From assembly GCA_051294375.1 (NCBI GenBank), contig CM119263.1, positions 16,551,802 through 16,615,801 on the forward strand: 64,000 nucleotides of DNA, given 5' to 3'. Position numbers and translations under genes: made by a program. A model generated the notes under the pieces. The model saw only the letters and a list, made by a program, of their open reading frames with translations. It ran no database searches and was not told the DNA's origin. This DNA is from Paraspadella gotoi (Eukaryota; Animalia; Chaetognatha). Positions 57,547-64,000 of the stretch are shown one piece after another (positions within the stretch are counted from its first letter, which is position 1; each line of letters starts with the position of its first letter).

Positions 57547-58166
57547 GGTTTTAAAGAGTCGAAGAAAGGTGCCCAACGTTCCCTACCAAAAGCGCAGTGT
57601 ACCCGGGAAATGCTCTGAGAACTTCGGGCCATTTTTACTTCTTTGATTCTCTGTCGCTCCCTCTCTCCCAGTGAGAAAACTTCTTGTCTAACTTTCTCTC
57701 TCTCCTTTGCACTCACACAATTCCAGTGATGTTGCGATGCTACGACTGTTCTTAATTTTATTACAGCTGGCAGATAATAATGGTTAATATTATTAGGCGT
57801 AGTCCCACTCATGGGGTGAGTCAAAAATAGAAAACGTAAGAATTTTTAAAAGCTGTAATTATATTTCTGTTAACTTTTTATGCTCTTATCAGAATCATCA
57901 AAAAATTTCAAGATTTCAAAAAAAATTTTTTATAATGTAAAAAAGACAAGTAATATTTAATGTATTAATCAAGACGTATAATTAATTTTTTTTTGAAAAT
58001 GATTGCTTAAATATTTAGTCAAGACAACTAAAAATATTGGCTAATAGTCGAAATTTTATATTATCTTTGGAGTTGGTCCCTAATATTAAGTATTAATTTT
58101 AAAAACCTTTGAATATTTATTTGAATTTTCTTAAAATTACTTTTAATACCCAAATAATAAAAATAT

Positions 58167-58172
58167 AAAAAA
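58167..58172 (-). terminator. Pol III terminator (T6) of the tRNA-Lys gene
   Basis: TTTTTT on the minus strand, 3 nt after the tRNA discriminator base. Confidence 0.8.
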
Positions 58173-58175
58173 GGA

Positions 58176-58248
58176 CGCCCAATGTGGGGCTCGAACCCAC
58201 GACCCCAGGATTAAGAGTCCTGTGCTCTCACGACTGAGCTAACCGGGC
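58176..58248 (-). tRNA. tRNA-Lys (anticodon CTT)
   Basis: GCCCGGTTAGCTCAGTCGTGAGAGCACAGGACTCTTAATCCTGGGGTCGTGGGTTCGAGCCCCACATTGGGCG, 73 nt. All four stems pair and the B box GTTCGAGCC is intact. Confidence 0.93.
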
Positions 58249-58470
58249 TTCTGTGATGGGAAGCAGGAACGTGAATCTAATTTCTAAATATAAGTGACGA
58301 TTTTTATAGCAGAAAAGTAAACTGTTTAGTGTTTACTATTTATTCCACTGGAACACTAAAGAATTTGCTAAACTCTAAATTCGTATTTTATATACATATG
58401 CAGCATTTAAAACAATAAAAAAGTATACACTTTTTACATTAACTTAAAAAATTAAAACAAAATCAAAATA

Positions 58471-60539
58471 TCAGACTCCGGCGATTTTGATCTGCGACAT
58501 TCGGCGGATCTGCATGTCGACCCGCTGTTGCGGCCGCTGCTTGATCTTGTCAGCGTTGAGGATCGTGTCCGAGATGTTTGACACATTGCTCATGATGATC
58601 CCCAAGGAAATGGTCGACGAGAGGAGCCACAGTATAAGCACGATGGCCACGAGGATTTTGAGCTGCGTAGAGACAGGAGCGTGGTCGCCAAAGCCGACCG
58701 TCAAGAGCGACACCACGGCAAAGTAGAAGGCCTCAATGGGATCGACAAGATTCGTGCTGATCTGAAGGACGTTGGAGGGGTGAGGAGATGGAGAAAGGTA
58801 ATGGATCTGAAAGAGAGAGAGAGAGAGAGAGAGTCTTTTTACCTCTATATACAGACTAAACCCGGCCAATACGGCAGAGAATCCGAAAAGCAGCATGGCG
58901 AACTGGACGATCTCCTTCCACGAGGAGAAGATGGAGAAGAAGACGAGTTGAAGGAAAGGAGAGAAACGGACGATGCGCATCGTGACGAATCCGATGAGGG
59001 AGGCGAAGATTTCGCAGGAATTGGGGCCTTGTGAAGATGGGTGGGTAGGTGGGGCGTTGAAATATTGATAATACTTGACAATAAGTTTCATTAATATAAA
59101 GATCAAATAAGGAGGAATTGGAAGCGAAATAAAGAAACTTGAAACCTACCTCGCACCATGTCACACGTTCCGCGAAGGACGAGAACGCTTTTCACAAGAA
59201 CCGGCACTAAGACGACGACATCGATAACGATAAGCAAAATATTTTTGGTCGTTCGTCGCCCGGCGAACATCAAGAGAATCGTTATGTGTCCCACTGTTTG
59301 AATCTGAATTGTTTAGTAAAAATGAATGTGCTAGATAGTTTTGATAGACTTAATAATGCAATGCTTCGTTTTCGTCTCACTTCTAATTCATTCTTGTCAA
59401 GTATAGTCAGAATAGTAAGCTTTTTTAAAAATTACCAAGAAAAATAAAACAAGGTCCAATTTATGTAGGAGAGAGCCGTGCTCAAACTGGTGATGGAGGC
59501 ATCTTTGTTCTTCGACTGATTTGGACGCCTGATTGAAAAAAAAAGTTGACACTGCCAGTTTCGCCTTGTTTTCTCGCAAGACCAAAATATAAAAGTAAAT
59601 TTGAACATTTTTATAAAACTTTGTTTGTACATAGGTTCCAACACTCATTGCCATAATCCAACATTTTATTTATTTATTATTTATTTATTTTATTTATTTA
59701 TTTATTCATTTATATCGTTTTCCATCTTCCAACTCCAACTCACCTTCCCGTCCGCCTTCTCGTACTCGAACAATGACTCGACGCAGAGTCCCATGACGTA
59801 AAGGAAGTTGACGCAGAGAGACAGCGTCATGTGCGCCACTTGAAAACACGCCCCCGACCTTGACGGCGCCGCCTTTTTGTTCTTCGAATCTCGAACGAAT
59901 TTGACGCGATCGGCTTGGATGGCGGCGGCGCTGAAGGCTCCCGCAAACTCGAACCGGCAACAGGGTTCGAGGCTGCTGATTGGCACCTTTGATCGAGTGC
60001 CAAGGTGAGGGTATTCAGGATAATAATAAAAAATAACAATAACAATTTAAATTCCAATAATAGGAGAAGATACATTGAGAAAAAAAAAATCAAAAAAAGA
60101 AATTATCAAATAATCGATTAAAGCCGCCTCGGATGTCCTCCCTTACCATCCAAAAGTCGAGTTCCTGCTTAAAAGCCAAGGCGCACATCCTGACGTTCTC
60201 GTGTCCGTAGTGAATCTCCCCTTCCTCGATCATCTTGAGCACCGCCGCCGTCGCCACCGACGGGAGACGTTCAAACGTCACTTCCGCCGTCTCGGCGTTG
60301 AACCCGTCGCAGAGGCGCCACGAGGCGTAGTTGGCGACGTCGACTGCGTCTTCGGCATCGTAGTAGGCGTCGTAGGCGTCGTCGTAGAGGGCGACTGTGG
60401 CGGGGGCTGCGCCGTTTTCGTCCACGAAGAGAGAATCGATGCGCGACAGTCGAGATTCCGGGAATCGATGGACCTTTTCCGTTTTGACCGGGAAGACAAG
60501 GCCGCCCATGTTTATAACCAGGTCTTTGTTGCGAGGCAT
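58471..60539 (-). CDS. Divergent Shab/Kv2(KvS)-like 6-TM potassium channel subunit A (~452 aa, 6 exons)
   Basis: Exons 60539-60147, 59986-59744, 59528-59436, 59303-59150, 59027-58843 and 58761-58471; all introns GT-AG with consistent phases. T1 domain (VINMGG, FPESRLSRI, MCALAFKQELDFW..LEPCC, cf. Kv2 MCALSFSQELDYW..LESCC), six hydrophobic segments, pore AFYFAVVSLLTVGFGDHAP. Confidence 0.88.
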
Positions 60540-60946
60540 TGTTTTTGTTGTTGTTATTTTCGTTGTTCAAAACGACTCAGTTGATCACGATACCAATTTT
60601 AAATACCTCTTGAAACATGGATTTTTTTTCATAGCAACTACCGTAAAATGTAGAAAGGAAATATAATATGATCTTCGTAAAATGGAAGAATAAGGCAACA
60701 ACGGGTAACTACACCAGACTACAGGAAAAGTATTAATTTCCCTTGGAATAAGTGATGCGATAACGATTTTATGTTGTGTACAAAGACTAAAAACTACAGT
60801 TTAAAAAGAGTAAGAAACAAAGAACGAATTAACGGGAACTCCGTCAGTAAAAACGCGTTTTATAACGGGGAATTAAATGTTGGATGTTTTTGTTTTTTTT
60901 TTACGTCGTTCACTCCTCTCGGTGAGCAGCAAAGGATCTCCCGGTA

Positions 60947-63454
60947 TCACGTGAGCCCGGAGCGTAGCGTCTCTGAGACGATTCGTACCAAAACGATGAG
61001 AGCCAAAGTTTGGATGAGAATCGCGGGAAAGACGATGAGAAACATCGTTAACATAGCGAAGAACTGTTCCGTTTGGTAGTAGTCGCCGTAGCCCAGGGTC
61101 GTCAGGGTGACGATGGAGTACCTGAAGGATTCAAAGTAGGAAAACATTTTTTCCCCCTTTTTTTGGATAAAAAAATCTAATTTACATAGAATCCTGGGAA
61201 TAATGATCCATTTTGCAAAAGGAACACTTAGTGGGATAAAAACCAACTTTCTCATTGTCCTCATCGTTAGCATCAATGAATAAGTTTTCGTCACTGAGAT
61301 GAAACGAGCGCTCACCAGAAGGCGTCAAAGATAGATTTGAAAAGCGACGAGGCCGGAGCGAACATGTGCTCCGTGTGAAACGAGACGAAAGCCAAAATCG
61401 CCGACAGGATGTAGTTGAGAAGTAAAAGTTGGATCACTTCCTACAAGGACGGCGGTGAATATTTTTAAAAACCGCTCTGCTTACGAAGTATTACTAATTC
61501 TAATGATCTAATTTATTGGCACGTCATCGTTTCCCCATGAATCTAAACACTTGAAAACTATCATCGACCTTCATAAACTTAATAGTTGTGAACAGGAGCC
61601 GTTGAATGACGGGGAAATATCGGCAGAGCTTAAGAAAGATGAAACCGTGAAAGCCGAGGAGGTGTTTGCTGAAGTCGATCATAAAGGCGGAAGCGTCGGT
61701 GGGCATGACGAAGCTGATGATCCAGAGAATGACGTAGGGGATCAAAACGACCAGATCCATGACCAGGATGATGAAGGAGCCCGTGGAACCTTAAAGTCAC
61801 AAGGACGTTTTAAAGTCGAAATTGATGACGCTCGTACAATCATCTTCATACTTACGAAATAAGTAAAGATAAAGGCAAATGAACCACTCGGCGACGCACC
61901 AAGCGGTGAGCAAGCCCACCACCGACTTCACCGAAGTTGTGGACGCGCATTGCGGCACTACCTGTAGTTAGACGTCATGTCATAAATTGCATTAACAGCA
62001 AAAATAACAATTAGTGAGATTAAGCATAACCAGAAGAATAACAAGAAGAAGAAGAAAAACAATAAGCTATGTAACTAACCCCATGATATCTATTGCAAAT
62101 GGCGGATTTGTGAGCCTCCGGTTCCACCATGTACTCGAATCCCATGAAACTAAAAAAGAATAGGAAGGAGACGACGAGAAACGAGACGAATCCATAGAAC
62201 ACCCCCAATGTGGTCGTCCAGGGCGCCCTAAAACGATTGGCAGCGGGTTTTTGACGAGGCTTTGAAAGGCTTTCAAAATAGAGCGCCCAAACGTTATTTT
62301 TACCTAAAGGATTTACGAACGTAAGGTTCTCCGTGACGCAACTCATCTTCGAGCACAATACGTCGTGACTTTTCGGCGTTGAAGTGCGCCAAACAGCAGT
62401 CTGAAATCTCTTCTTCATCAATGTCCCAGAAAATGAGGGCCTACGAGAGATGATGATGATTCAAATAGAAAAATACTTTTTTTGTTTTACTTTCTCAAAC
62501 CTTTCTGAATTCGTTAAAGGAGACTTCCTGCGGAATGTGCAACTCTCCGCTAACAAAGTAGTTGAAGACGGCGACAGAAGTAGGACAGAGTTTCTGTCGG
62601 AAACGAACTTTGGCCTCTGTGCCGGAACCAAAACCGTCGACGAAACCTTGGTTGGTAACAAAAAAGGGTTTTAAATAAAAAGCTGTTCTTTCGCGAGGCA
62701 CTTACGTAGAAAAAAGTATAATAAAGTTATGCCTATGTATCTTGCTGAAAAGACCCGAATTCTGAATAATGGGCCATCAAGAAATGGGAGGTAAGCAAAC
62801 TGGAAATTACCTTTAGGGTATTTCGTTTCTCTGGCAGCGACATCATACTCTTCGCACAGAGTCAACGCGACAACGTCATTTCCAGTTTCAATCGCCTTCG
62901 TACAAACAAAATTAATTTCATTAATTGGTGCTCTTTACAGAATGTGTAATACGTTCTCTATCCGAATGCTCTAATCAAGAGCCGATTAAAATATATTAAA
63001 AAATATCAACTTTTGAAATTCTATCAGTTACTAATTCGGAACCTTTCAACTTTTTCATTGATAGTAAATAGCCAGTGTTTACTGTCGCTTTGCTGGTAAG
63101 TAAGCAAGCAAGTACTCCCCTCTTCCTATTTATGTCCTGCTCTCTCATATACCGTAATACGCACTAAACCGCTCACAAGGTCTATTAAAGCTCTATCAAA
63201 GAGCAAACATTATCAAACTCCAAAGCCAACTTTATCTCTCGAGGCGAACATTTGATAATAAGTGAATCGCTCGATTTCGCATTGGTTTAATCAAGTGGAC
63301 GATAAGGAAAGCTAACAGGACTCAACGATGTCTCGTCTGGCCTCACCTCCAAAATCTTGGCCAACCTCGTCGCTGGGTGCGCCTCGAGAACGGAAGGCGA
63401 CAACGTCACGTGACTGTCGTCGAAGTCTAGGCGGAGTCGGGACACGAGGCCCAT
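60947..63454 (-). CDS. Divergent Shab/Kv2(KvS)-like 6-TM potassium channel subunit B (~430 aa, 9 exons)
   Basis: Exons 63454-63347, 62895-62811 (alternative donor after 62706), 62646-62501, 62440-62304, 62269-62080, 61961-61856, 61789-61569, 61440-61316 and 61121-60947; GT-AG, phases consistent. T1 (HPATRLAKI, GELHIP, FWDIDEEEISDCC), S2 TAWCVAEW, S3 MDLVVLIPY, S4 end KLCRY, pore SIFDAFWYSIVTLTTLGYGD. Confidence 0.85.
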
Positions 63455-64000
63455 GGGCTTAGTAGGGAGCGGTTAAAGTAAAAGCGGAGATCGGATCGGC
63501 AGGGTAGTTGAGTGGGTGACAAAGAATTTGATAATTAGTCGATTTATTTGAGCGGCCGCGAAGTAAGGCGCAAAGAACGAAGCTGATGTCACGATCGAGG
63601 CATTTATAGGAGTCGGCCGATTCCGCTACGAAAGTTAACGACAGTTTTTTATGTTTTTTTTTGGGTTTTTTTAAATTTTTGAAGCCAAATGGCAGAAGCA
63701 AATTGACAAATATATATTACTATTTGATATCGTAGTAAATTCCAATTCTTCCGAATTTTAAATTCGCGACTTTTATCTTGAAGTTTTATCAAAGGTCTGA
63801 ATTCAAAATAAAAACAATTCCAATTGAAGATAAGATTTATAATAAGTTGTTTCTTTTGACCTAAATATCGATCGATAGCGAACCACGCAAGTTGGAAGAG
63901 ATGGGTGCGATTTTAAGTGACGAAACAGTAGATCGAAAAGATGGAAAGTGATCGAAGAGATTAGATAGACGGCCAAAAATGATCATTATGTTTTAAAGTA

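Noticed and set aside
57501-57824. 107-aa minus-strand ORF upstream of kibra
   Set aside because: No recognisable domain, and it overlaps the promoter region.

Overview
Animal (bilaterian invertebrate-like) nuclear DNA, AT-rich and dense in (AG)n/(GTC)n microsatellites; most ORFs in the six-frame track are microsatellite artefacts. Positions 665-11781 are a near-perfect 5.56-kb tandem duplication ending at a 25-N gap, probably an assembly artefact. A compact minus-strand block at 57-63.5 kb holds two tandem, very divergent Shab/Kv2-like K+ channel genes (exons reconstructed by hand), a tRNA-Lys(CTT) and the first coding exon (WW1) of kibra/WWC. Both channels have lost most S4 gating charges and the S6 PXP gate. 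I found no second kibra exon, so the rest of the window appears to be kibra intron 1. Inside it, on the opposite strand, lie a Spitz/Keren-type EGFR-ligand ORF with no visible transmembrane domain (23214-23945) and an unknown ORF with a 12-aa repeat (24309-25058). All calls come from manual reading; no database searches were run.
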